Assembly: GCA_017557195.1 (NCBI GenBank) | Contig: JAFZAL010000007.1 | Coordinates: 7,260-71,259 of the forward strand | Direction: 5' to 3' | Source: Thermoguttaceae bacterium | GTDB taxonomy: Bacteria; Planctomycetota; Planctomycetia; Pirellulales; Thermoguttaceae | DNA length: 64,000 nt | Shown: piece by piece, positions 46,501 through 55,012 of the stretch | Numbering within the stretch: the stretch's first letter is position 1 | How the letters are laid out: each line of letters opens with the position of its first letter | Made by a program: the position numbers and the translations under genes | Notes under the pieces: generated by a model | What the model was told of the DNA's origin: nothing | Databases searched by the model: none | Seen by the model: only the letters and a program-made list of their open reading frames with translations

Positions 46501-48147
46501 GTGAGTCAATTTAATATTTTTTCAGAATTGGATCATTGCGTTGAAACAGACGCTCGCCCCTGTTTGCCGTCGATTGATTCGATGGGGTCTTTACCGGCGT
46601 TGTTGAGAAGTTACGAGAAAATACTCGGCTGGGCGTTTCGATTTGTTCCTCGCTCCGAATCCGGAAATCGTTTAGAGAACAATCAGGAATCAGAGAAAAA
46701 ATCGGCGTCTTCGGAGAAGCGGAATTCTGACGCCCAATCCTTGCCAGGGTTAAAAAATGACATTGCCAGCGTTCCGGTTGAGATTCATCTTTCAAACGGA
46801 AAATCGCACGAAATCGGCATAATAGAATACCGCTGCGCCGGCAGTGCATGGAGCTCTTTGGGGGCGTTAGCCCGACAGGCGGCGTCTGCAATCGCGGACA
46901 TGCTTGGCGAATCTCTTTCAATGCGTTATCAGCTTTGGCGCAGAGAATCAGAACTGGCGTCGAGCAGCGCGTTGTCTGCCAGTCTGCAAAAATCGGAAGA
47001 CCGCCAATTGGCGTTTGTGTTACAAGATATCCTTCACAGCGCATGTGACGCTTTGGGCTGCGTTGCCGCGTCAATGAACCTTCTGGACGACAAAACGTCC
47101 GTCTTGAAAATGCGTTCCTGCTGGGGCTTGCCGACAGAACGGCTTTTAGATCCGGCAAGATCGCTGAAAAAGTCTGCGGCGGATTTGGAAGCGATGCTCA
47201 AGCGAACCGTTGTCATGGAAAACGAATCCGAGATGCGTCAATGGAACTCGCCGGAAGATTTTTCGGCGGCTTTGTGCGTCCCGATAATTTCGCAGTCCAA
47301 TATTTTAGGAACGGTCTGGTTTTATTCTCAAAACGCGCGCCGCTTTTCAAATCGACAGATTCGTTTGGCAGAACTGGTTGCCGGCAGATTGGCGGCGGAA
47401 CTCGAACGGGACGCGCTCATGGGAGCGTATATTGACCAGGAATCGTTCAGAAAAGAGATCGAAACCGCTTCGTTAATTCAAAAGAATCAACTGCCCATTT
47501 CCGCGCCCTGGATTGAAAAATGGGACATGGCGGGCAAGGTCAGGCAAAAGCGCGACTTCGGCGGGAATTTTTACGACTGGTTTACGCTGCCGGAGGGAGA
47601 AATCGTCTGCGCGCTGGCGGACTGCCAGGATCAGGGAACGACGGCGGCTCTGACCGCGGCGATGGTGAAATCGTCCCTGCGTTCGCACGCCCAGTACCAA
47701 AACAACGTCAACGACCTCATGGCGCAGGTCGACAGAACGATCTGGGCAAGCTCCGCCGCCGACCAGTACGTCAATCTGTTTTGCGCCATTCTCGATTCAA
47801 AGTCAGACAGAGTACATATTTCAACGTCTGGCAATATAAAGGTTTATCGAGTAACCGCATCGGGCGCCCAGCAGATTTCCCAGCCGACGCCGGCTCTAGG
47901 GCAGGCTCCGGAGACGGAATTCGCAGCCTATAGCGTCGAACTGAAAAACGATGAGGTCCTGGCTGTCTTTTCCTGCAATTTCGACAGCGTCGGCGACGAA
48001 CTAAACAGAATACTGAACAACGTTCAAACCCGCCTTAACCGTTCCGCCCGTTGCTGTGTCCGAGAAACGTTTAATTGGCTGGAAAGTCAAAACGTCATCC
48101 CGTCTGCGGCTGACTACTCTTTGATGATTATCAAAAGAAAACAATAA
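46501..48147 (+). CDS. GAF-domain-containing PP2C-type (SpoIIE-like) serine phosphatase
   Basis: GAF-like segment (ASMNLLDDKTSVLKMRSCWGLP...VPIISQSNILGTVWFYS). PP2C/SpoIIE segment (GGNFYDWFTLPEGEIVCALADCQDQGTTAALTAAMVKSSLRS). I prefer the GTG at 46501, with gagga 7-8 nt upstream, over the ORF-track TTG at 46462. The start is uncertain. Confidence 0.78.
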   Translation: MSQFNIFSELDHCVETDARPCLPSIDSMGSLPALLRSYEKILGWAFRFVPRSESGNRLENNQESEKKSASSEKRNSDAQSLPGLKNDIASVPVEIHLSNGKSHEIGIIEYRCAGSAWSSLGALARQAASAIADMLGESLSMRYQLWRRESELASSSALSASLQKSEDRQLAFVLQDILHSACDALGCVAASMNLLDDKTSVLKMRSCWGLPTERLLDPARSLKKSAADLEAMLKRTVVMENESEMRQWNSPEDFSAALCVPIISQSNILGTVWFYSQNARRFSNRQIRLAELVAGRLAAELERDALMGAYIDQESFRKEIETASLIQKNQLPISAPWIEKWDMAGKVRQKRDFGGNFYDWFTLPEGEIVCALADCQDQGTTAALTAAMVKSSLRSHAQYQNNVNDLMAQVDRTIWASSAADQYVNLFCAILDSKSDRVHISTSGNIKVYRVTASGAQQISQPTPALGQAPETEFAAYSVELKNDEVLAVFSCNFDSVGDELNRILNNVQTRLNRSARCCVRETFNWLESQNVIPSAADYSLMIIKRKQ

Positions 48148-48152
48148 TAGTT

Positions 48153-48210
48153 TTGGATTTAGGGATGAGGCTGCTAATTCCGCAGACGCAGCTCTATTCC
48201 CTATTTTCTA
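48153..48210. repeat. degenerate 7-mer-arm hairpin element (AGGGAAT family)
   Basis: Left part ttggatttagggatgagg. Central hairpin gctgc-taattccgcagac-gcagc. Right part tctattccctattttcta. Confidence 0.55.
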
Positions 48211-48343
48211 AAACTTCTCTCGCTTTTCGACGTTAGATTTTCTATCATCTTGCCTTCAATTGACGTCAATAAAAATAAAAAATCTATAAATATACGTCAA
48301 ATTCGTCTGGACAAAAACTGGAATTTTGGGTAAAATACCGTCC

Positions 48344-49240
48344 ATGTCAGAAGTAAAGTCGAGTATACACGTATCGGTTATGCCCGATGAGGTGTTGGAA
48401 TATATCAATCCTCAGCCGGGTCAGGTCGTCGTTGACGGCACGCTGGGCGGGGCGGGGCACGCGAAAATGATCGCGTCCCGGCTGGTTCCCGGCGGCTGTC
48501 TGATTGGCTTGGATCGAGACGCTGCGCCATTACAGCTGGCGGAAGAAACGCTCAAGGGACTGCCGGTTATTCTGGCGCAGTCCAACTTTTGCGATCTGCC
48601 TGAAACGCTGGAAGAAATCGATGGAATCGATAAAGTCGACGCGATTTTGCTTGACCTGGGACTGTCGAGCGACCAGTTGGCAGACCGTTCCCGCGGGTTC
48701 AGCTTTAATTCCGACGGTCCGCTGGACTTGCGCTTTGACGTCGATCATGGCGAGCCTGCGTGGAAACTGCTCAACCGGCTGTCCCAGCAGACGCTGGCAG
48801 ACCTGATTTATCAGTACGGCGAGGAACGTTTCAGCCGTCGAATCGCTCAAAAGATTGTCGAAACCAGACGTTCCAATCCGATTAAAACCGCCGCTCAACT
48901 GGCGGAACTGGTTCGTTCCTGCGTTCCGGTCGAACGCAACAGAAAAAACGCCATTGATCCCGCAACGCGAACGTTTCAGGCGCTTCGCATTGCCGTCAAT
49001 GATGAATTGAAGTCGTTGGAAATCGCGCTCAAACGGTTTCCAGACGTCCTTAAACCGGGGGGAATCCTGGCGATTATCAGCTTTCATTCCCTGGAAGACC
49101 GACGCGTTAAAGAGGCGTTTCGCAATGACGATCGCTACGAAGTTTTAACGCCCAAAGCCTTGACAGCGTCCCCGGAAGAAATTGAAGTCAATCCGCGCAG
49201 CCGATCCGCAAAACTGCGAGTCGCAAGAAGAAATGCGTAA
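48344..49240 (+). CDS. rsmH: 16S rRNA (cytosine1402-N4)-methyltransferase
   Basis: Motifs HVSVMPDEVLEYINPQPGQVVVDGTLGGAGHA, DLGLSSDQL, ALRIAVNDEL, ISFHSLEDRRVK and ARSAKLRVARR are all characteristic of RsmH/MraW. I prefer the ATG at 48344 over the upstream TTG. Confidence 0.93.
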   Translation: MSEVKSSIHVSVMPDEVLEYINPQPGQVVVDGTLGGAGHAKMIASRLVPGGCLIGLDRDAAPLQLAEETLKGLPVILAQSNFCDLPETLEEIDGIDKVDAILLDLGLSSDQLADRSRGFSFNSDGPLDLRFDVDHGEPAWKLLNRLSQQTLADLIYQYGEERFSRRIAQKIVETRRSNPIKTAAQLAELVRSCVPVERNRKNAIDPATRTFQALRIAVNDELKSLEIALKRFPDVLKPGGILAIISFHSLEDRRVKEAFRNDDRYEVLTPKALTASPEEIEVNPRSRSAKLRVARRNA

Positions 49241-49385
49241 TTCGTAATGCGTAATTCGTAATTACGCTTCGCGTTCATCGTAGTTTTATTGTGACGCTTG
49301 CGTCAATTCCGCATTCAAATTCCGCATTACAAATTTTTGAGGCGCTTTGCGTCAATTACGCATTACGCATTAAACATTACGAATT
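49233..49385. repeat. dimeric 7-mer-arm element (GCGTAAT / ATTACGC and ATTCCGC arms, two cores)
   Basis: Left arm atgcgtaattcgtaatgcgtaattcgtaatt contains the rsmH TAA (49238-49240). Cores CGCTTGCGT (49295-49303) and cgctttgcgt (49343-49352). Arms caattccgcattcaaattccgcattac and aattacgcattacgcattaaacattacgaatt. Confidence 0.85.
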
Positions 49386-49393
49386 AAAGTACC

Positions 49394-52300
49394 ATGAGCC
49401 GAAGAAATCGCAATAATCGATACAATTCTCGCAACCGAAACAAGTGGGATGAAGGTTACGACGACGAGTACTTTGACGATGACGATCAGCTGGAGTCTGA
49501 AGACGACGATTCTTCAGAGGATCAGGACGAGTACGAAGACGAAGAGTACGAAGAGTACGATTCCGAGGAGGAAGACGACGAGTCGGACGATGAACAGTAC
49601 GAAGACGAAGAGTACGACGAGGACGACGAAGAGGAGTATGACGAAGACGAGTCTGAGGACGAGGAAGAATACGACGAGGACGACGAAGAAGAGTATGATG
49701 AAGACGAGTCTGACGAGGAAGAGGTAGACGAAGAAGACGAAGAGGAAGAAGAGGAATCCGATGACGACGAAGACGACGAATTAGACAGCGAAATCGAAGC
49801 GGCGGCGGAATCGACGGCAAAGAAAACTATTGGGAATTCCGATCTGCTGAGCAAGCTTCGCGGTCAGATGCGTCCGCAGCTTAAAGAGGATTCGTCCGAG
49901 TCAAATAAAGACGTCGAAATTAACGTCTCGCCGCTGTCGCTGTTTGGTCAGCCGATTTCTCAAAACAATAAAAAGAGCAATACGTCCAGCGCTATGCCTC
50001 AGCACGCCAATGCGAGAATTGTTCAAACTGCAACAGTTGGTTCCAAACAGCCGCAGTCCGCGCCAAGCGCGTCTGTTCAGAAGTCTGGCAGCGGTCGGGT
50101 TATTACTGCTCAGTCTCAAAATGGGGCAAGCGTTACCTCTGTTCAGCCTCGAGATTTAGAAGCGGAAAAAGCGGAAGCGGATAAAAAGCAAAAAGAAAAG
50201 GAGCGTCTGGAACAGGAACAAAAGACGAAAGAAGAAAAAAGCGCTCGCATCCTCGATAAATTTAAACGAAAGAAGTCCTCTGGCGAATCCGCTGTGAGTA
50301 AAACCAAAGCGGGCGCTTCCTGGGTATGGTCAAAAATGTCGTCTGGCGCCGCCTGGATTGGGGCGGGAATTGCCGCCTGCTTTGTCTGGATGTTTTGGTC
50401 TAAACCCAAGCAGGCGTGGCAAACATGGCGAATTTTCAACGCTTCCTGGTGGTCTGGACTTGGCTCTGGCGCCTGGAACGCCGTTAAGAAACCGTTTGTC
50501 AAAAAGCCCGTCGAGACCGCTCAAACGGAAGGCGCGGAAGCTGTTCCGTCCGGGTCCGCTGATGCGTCTGTCAGCGCTGTAACATCAGAACCGGCAACCG
50601 TCAGAAAGAGGAAATCCCGAAAGAAGAATGTGGATATTTGGGACGCCGACGCGACTCCTGGCGCCGAAGCTGGAACGGACGCTTTTGCCAGCAAGGAACC
50701 GGATAGCCGCAGAAGACTCTATTTCTCTTTGAGTTCAATTGGCGCCGCGGCAATTATGTTCCTGCTGGTTCTTCCTTCAATGCTTAATGGAAGCAAAAAG
50801 AGCGATGAAAACGCAGTCGCCCTTAACGGTCAGGAAACCGTTTCTGACGTTACAAATCAGGATGTAAACAAACCGGTTTCTGAAACTGTCCCGGCGTCTG
50901 AGAACGGATTGGAGAATAACAATCAGGGAATTGTAAACAACAACGAAACGTCTCGCGTACGCGCGTTTAATTCGCCTAACGGCGACGTTCAGACAGGGTA
51001 TCCCGCTGGTAGAACGCCTTCGACCAATGGGAACAATTTCAATTCGCCTCGCGGAGACTCCCGAATGGGGTATCAAGCTGGCGGCGCTCCTTCGACCAAC
51101 GGGAACAATTTTAACTCGCCTCGCGGAGACTCGCGGACGGGATATCCAGCAGGAAACGCGCCTATGACCAACGGGAACAATTTCAATTCGCCTCGCGGAG
51201 ATTCGCGGACGGGATATCCAGCAGGAAACGCGCCTTCGAATTACAACGCGACTTCCTATGACCCGCGCTCAACTCGCCAATCGCCGACGGCGCCGCTTGA
51301 GATTGACGCTCCGGAAGTAACAACTCCTGAAATTGCGGCTCCTGAAGTTTCAGATTTGGGTTTGGACGCTCCCGAACTTCCCTCGCCGGAAGCGACGGCT
51401 CCTGAAGTAACGGACTTGGGCTTGGACGATTCCGAACCTTCCGTTCCTGAATTAACGACTCCGGAAGTTACGGATTTAGGTTTGGACGATATGGAACTGC
51501 CCGCCCCGGAAGATACCGCCTCGGAAGTTACAGCTCCGGAAGTTACGGATTTGGGTTTGGACGATTCCTTGCCGACTCCGGAACTTCCGAGCGACGATGA
51601 GGTCCCTGTTCCAGACCTGTCCGATTCGGAATTGGAAGCTCCGGCTGTTGATATAGAAGTTCCGGAAATTCCCGATGAAACGACGCAGGCAGGCGAAGAT
51701 CCGTTGAATGACGCAGCGCCTGAAGTCCCGGACTTGGACAATTCGGAAGTAACAGCTCCCGAAGAAACGGATATTGCGCCGACGCCGGATTTGACGTCGT
51801 CCGTTGAACCGTCCAGCGACGCTGATTTACCAACGCCTGAAACCGACGTTCCGGAGTTGTCTATGCCTGAATTGTCTGATCCTCAACCAGTTGATTCCAA
51901 TCTGGAAGAAACGCCGACAGTTCCAGAGCCGGATGCGTTGGAAACGGGAATTGCGTCCCAGCTGACAGAGCCTGAGCCAATTCCTGAAACGCCGTTGACT
52001 CCGGAAGAGAGTTTGCCAAACGACTCGCAGCTTGCCGCATCTCCAACGGAAACGTCTCCCGCGGATTCGTCCGTAGAGTTGGGAGCGCCTGGGCCTTTGG
52101 TTTCCTCAGCAAACGAAAACGCCGCTGACGTTCAGACGCAGACGGCTGCCAACGTCAGTCCGAGCGCTGTAAATAATGAGCCTTTGACGAACTCTGGCTA
52201 CGGGACGAGCGAATACAACAACAGTTATGCGAACAATTACAACAACGTCCCGGAATACAGTCCGACGTATGTCAACACCGGCTCGTATACGGTTCAGCCT

Positions 52301-52696
52301 AATGACAGCTTCTGGACGATTGCCAAGCGCGTATACGGCAGCGGAGAATACGCCAGAGCGCTGGCGCAGTATAACAGTTCTCTCGTCAGTCCGCAGTCGC
52401 TGACAGTGTCAGTTCAAATCAAGACGCCGCCAGTGGAAACGTTGGAACGGCAGTTCCCGGGATTGTGCCCCTCTCGCGGTTTGGCGTCTTCTGCGGCGTC
52501 GACAGCGAACGCGGCTCCGGCGGGAACTCGCGTGTATATTGTTGACCAGGAAGAAAGCGTGATGGAAATCGCCCGCCGCGAGTTGGGAAGCATCCTGTAC
52601 TGTTCTCAGGTTTACGCTCTTAACCAGGAACAGCTTTCCGGCAGCGTTGACCGCGTTAAACCCGGCGTTCGACTGCTGCTGCCCGTTCAAAAATAA
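49394..52696 (+). CDS. giant membrane-associated protein: hyper-acidic N-terminus, TM segments, repeat-rich region and two C-terminal LysM domains
   Basis: 1100 aa. About 115 residues are almost only D/E/Y/S. TM-like segments (AAWIGAGIAACFVWMFW, IGAAAIMFLLVLPSML). Four 24-aa repeats and PEVTDLGLDD-type repeats. LysM-like YTVQPNDSFWTIAKRVYGSGEYARALAQYN and VYIVDQEESVMEIARRELG...VKPGVRLLLP. Confidence 0.7.
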   Translation: MSRRNRNNRYNSRNRNKWDEGYDDEYFDDDDQLESEDDDSSEDQDEYEDEEYEEYDSEEEDDESDDEQYEDEEYDEDDEEEYDEDESEDEEEYDEDDEEEYDEDESDEEEVDEEDEEEEEESDDDEDDELDSEIEAAAESTAKKTIGNSDLLSKLRGQMRPQLKEDSSESNKDVEINVSPLSLFGQPISQNNKKSNTSSAMPQHANARIVQTATVGSKQPQSAPSASVQKSGSGRVITAQSQNGASVTSVQPRDLEAEKAEADKKQKEKERLEQEQKTKEEKSARILDKFKRKKSSGESAVSKTKAGASWVWSKMSSGAAWIGAGIAACFVWMFWSKPKQAWQTWRIFNASWWSGLGSGAWNAVKKPFVKKPVETAQTEGAEAVPSGSADASVSAVTSEPATVRKRKSRKKNVDIWDADATPGAEAGTDAFASKEPDSRRRLYFSLSSIGAAAIMFLLVLPSMLNGSKKSDENAVALNGQETVSDVTNQDVNKPVSETVPASENGLENNNQGIVNNNETSRVRAFNSPNGDVQTGYPAGRTPSTNGNNFNSPRGDSRMGYQAGGAPSTNGNNFNSPRGDSRTGYPAGNAPMTNGNNFNSPRGDSRTGYPAGNAPSNYNATSYDPRSTRQSPTAPLEIDAPEVTTPEIAAPEVSDLGLDAPELPSPEATAPEVTDLGLDDSEPSVPELTTPEVTDLGLDDMELPAPEDTASEVTAPEVTDLGLDDSLPTPELPSDDEVPVPDLSDSELEAPAVDIEVPEIPDETTQAGEDPLNDAAPEVPDLDNSEVTAPEETDIAPTPDLTSSVEPSSDADLPTPETDVPELSMPELSDPQPVDSNLEETPTVPEPDALETGIASQLTEPEPIPETPLTPEESLPNDSQLAASPTETSPADSSVELGAPGPLVSSANENAADVQTQTAANVSPSAVNNEPLTNSGYGTSEYNNSYANNYNNVPEYSPTYVNTGSYTVQPNDSFWTIAKRVYGSGEYARALAQYNSSLVSPQSLTVSVQIKTPPVETLERQFPGLCPSRGLASSAASTANAAPAGTRVYIVDQEESVMEIARRELGSILYCSQVYALNQEQLSGSVDRVKPGVRLLLPVQK
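50966..51240 (+). repeat. in-frame 72-nt tandem repeat, about 4 copies (FNSPRGDSRTGYPAGNAP.TNGNN)
   Basis: Units start at 50966, 51038, 51110 and 51182. Units 2-4 contain an RGD tripeptide; unit 1 has NGD. Confidence 0.9.
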
Positions 52697-52774
52697 CAGG
52701 AAATACGACTGAATGTTACAAGTAATTTAACCGTCGTTTTTCCTTCCCTCCCTTTTTTATCGAAAGGATAGTTT

Positions 52775-54877
52775 GTGAGTAAAAAAGTATTTAATCCATA
52801 TCGGGATTTGCTCGATATTCCATCGTTGAAAGACGAAAATCCGTCAGATTATCAGCTTCTGGGAATCGAAGATTTCGAGAGCGACTCGGGAAAGATTGCC
52901 GCCGCTCATGAAAAACGTTCGCAGCGAATAGCGGATTTGTATCAGCTTATTACGAGAATGTCTCAGCAGATAGACGAAGCCCGCGATCGCATTTCCGATT
53001 CTCAGAAAAAAGAAGAATACGACAATCTTTTAAGAAAAACCGGCCGCGCCGGCGTGGCTCATCTTGGAAAAGGCGGCTCGTTTGCCCTGCTGTTTTCTTT
53101 TGTTTTGAGTATTTTTATTGTAGTGGTTTCGACGTTCTACATCTATCCGATGGTTGTTCCAACTCCGCCGGAGAACTATGGCGATTCCGTTACAACTCTG
53201 CCGGAATATAAAGAATCCCAAACCCAAAAGGAAATCGACATCCTTAAAGTTCAGCAGGAAGACATTTCAACCATGGACGTCAATTTCAACCTCCCGATTG
53301 ACGTTGACGCCGATTCTTCAGTAGATCTCCTTGACGTTCCAGCTGCAGACATTCCTGGCGAAGAAACGTCCATTGACGACCTGTCTGTTACAGACATCCC
53401 ATTGAATGACGACGCGCAGGCGGCTGAACAGCCCGCTGAACTGGAAGTTCCCGATATTGAAGAACCCGCGCCAGAACAACCAGCGGTAGAAGAACCCGCG
53501 GCAGAGGAACCAGCGGCAGAGGAACCAGCAGAACCAGAAGTTCCGGCTTTGGAAGCTCCTGCGATAGAAGAACCTGCGGTTGAAGAGCCTGCAGTCGAGG
53601 AACCTGCCGCGCCGGAAGAACCGTCTTTACCTGAAACGCCGGCAGTTGATCAACCAACTGAGCCTGAAGAACCCGTTGATGAACAGCCTCAGACGCCGGA
53701 AGTTCCAGACGTTCCCGAGGTCGAGCAGTCTGAAGTCGAATCTCCTGCGGAGCCTGAAGAACAAACCATCGAAAGACCTTCTGAAGAATCGCCGGAGGTT
53801 CTTGTTGATCCTGAAATTCCGGACGCGCCCTCGCTTCCTGGCGTTCCCGACAGGGTCGGTTCCCAAGTGGACGTGGGGAGCGCCGAAACCGGCTCTTTCG
53901 GAGGCATAACCTCGTCCACTCGCCCGCGCGGTTTCGCGCCCGATTCTGACACGCCGACTGTTCCGAAGTTGTCAGATAGAGATAACGCCGGGATTCCAGA
54001 ACTGCCGCCGCTAGAGGAAGTTGCGGATTCTGGTCCTCCCGAAGCGCCTCAACCGCCGGTTATTCCAGAGTTGGCGTCTGTTGATGAACCGGTTGTAACG
54101 CATGATGGAGGGCGGGTATTACCCGCCGAAAAGTTGCGAGAAGCGAGTAACGAGTGGCGAGAAAACGCAAGCGTTACACAAAATCCTCTCGCAACTCGCA
54201 ACTCGCAACTCGCAACTCGCCCGTACGGCGTTGTACTGGAAGACGTTGACAAAGTTGATAAGCTGGATCAGTTTGTTCAGATGGGGCAGAAAGCTCGCAC
54301 TGACGAGGATTTTGCTCAGTTGCTCGTTTCCGCTCGGCAGGCGGAAGAAGAATTGATGAAAGAAAAACAGTTCCCAAAAGCGCAGCAAATTGCTGACGTT
54401 GTTTACGCTGCTTGCGCTCGTTTGGCTGACAAATCGTATCGCGCCGAGGCGTATCAGCACAAAGAAATCGTTTCTCGGCGGGCTGCATGGTGGGACGCCG
54501 CCCGCGCGGCTGAAGCAAAAATGCAGTCAAACGGAAGCGTTACTCCTGCTGAGGCGAATATTGTCGCCCGATGGAAAATTGAAGTAGAAAACGATTGGGA
54601 AACCGGGCTCAAATACCTGGCTTTTAGCGATAACGAACAGATTCAGCTCGCGGTGAAAAGAGATCTCGCCGCCAATCCGGAGAACGTTCGTCATTGTCTG
54701 GTTGTTGCGAATGACTGGTGGAATCTCTCTCAAGATCCGGTTCCGATGCAAAAACAGTATAGACAACGCGCCAGCATGTGGTATTCCAAAGCTCTGCCGT
54801 CAATTGCGGACAAACAGATTCGAACTCTCGTAGAAAAACGAATCTCGATAGTGGATCAGGGCTATCCAAAACACTGA
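52775..54877 (+). CDS. membrane-anchored protein with N-terminal J-like domain lacking HPD, acidic Pro/Glu/Ala linker and helical C-terminal domain; carries a complete repeat element in frame
   Basis: GTG start with aagga 7 nt upstream. N-terminus NPYRDLLDIP...SDYQLLGIEDFESDSGKIAAAHEKRSQ. TM segment FALLFSFVLSIFIVVVSTFYIY. EEPA(V/A)EEPA repeats. Same architecture as the 24126 gene. Confidence 0.68.
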   Translation: MSKKVFNPYRDLLDIPSLKDENPSDYQLLGIEDFESDSGKIAAAHEKRSQRIADLYQLITRMSQQIDEARDRISDSQKKEEYDNLLRKTGRAGVAHLGKGGSFALLFSFVLSIFIVVVSTFYIYPMVVPTPPENYGDSVTTLPEYKESQTQKEIDILKVQQEDISTMDVNFNLPIDVDADSSVDLLDVPAADIPGEETSIDDLSVTDIPLNDDAQAAEQPAELEVPDIEEPAPEQPAVEEPAAEEPAAEEPAEPEVPALEAPAIEEPAVEEPAVEEPAAPEEPSLPETPAVDQPTEPEEPVDEQPQTPEVPDVPEVEQSEVESPAEPEEQTIERPSEESPEVLVDPEIPDAPSLPGVPDRVGSQVDVGSAETGSFGGITSSTRPRGFAPDSDTPTVPKLSDRDNAGIPELPPLEEVADSGPPEAPQPPVIPELASVDEPVVTHDGGRVLPAEKLREASNEWRENASVTQNPLATRNSQLATRPYGVVLEDVDKVDKLDQFVQMGQKARTDEDFAQLLVSARQAEEELMKEKQFPKAQQIADVVYAACARLADKSYRAEAYQHKEIVSRRAAWWDAARAAEAKMQSNGSVTPAEANIVARWKIEVENDWETGLKYLAFSDNEQIQLAVKRDLAANPENVRHCLVVANDWWNLSQDPVPMQKQYRQRASMWYSKALPSIADKQIRTLVEKRISIVDQGYPKH
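54110..54220. repeat. complete composite element (GC hairpin, GAGTTGC arm, exact core, (GCAACTC)x4 arm) embedded in frame in a CDS
   Basis: GC hairpin gggcgggtattacccgcc (54110-54127) is identical to 17448-17465. Left arm agttgcgagaagcgagtaacgagtggcgag. Core ACGCAAGCG at 54165-54173. Right arm ctctcgcaactcgcaactcgcaactcgcaactcgc. Translated as GRVLPAEKLREASNEWRENASVTQNPLATRNSQLATR. Confidence 0.85.
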
Positions 54878-54885
54878 GAATCAAG

Positions 54886-54977
54886 GTGAGAAGTGCGTAG
54901 TGCATAGTGCATAGTGCATAGTTCATAGTGAGGGGAGCGCTTGCGTCCTAAATACTATGCACTAAGTACTAACTACT
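54886..54977. repeat. 7-mer-arm hairpin element (GTGCATA / TATGCAC arms)
   Basis: Left arm gtgagaagtgcgtagtgcatagtgcatagtgcatagttcatagtg. Core CGCTTGCGT at 54938-54946. Right arm actatgcactaagtactaactact. Confidence 0.85.
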
Positions 54978-55012
54978 ATTTTGCGTATTTCGTGTTAAAA
55001 TAACTTTTTATC

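Noticed and set aside
49377-49854. Minus-strand ORFs encoding poly-Ser / Arg-Leu-rich peptides
   Set aside because: They are antisense reads of the GAx-rich acidic repeat at the 5' end of the LysM gene, so they are a low-complexity artefact.
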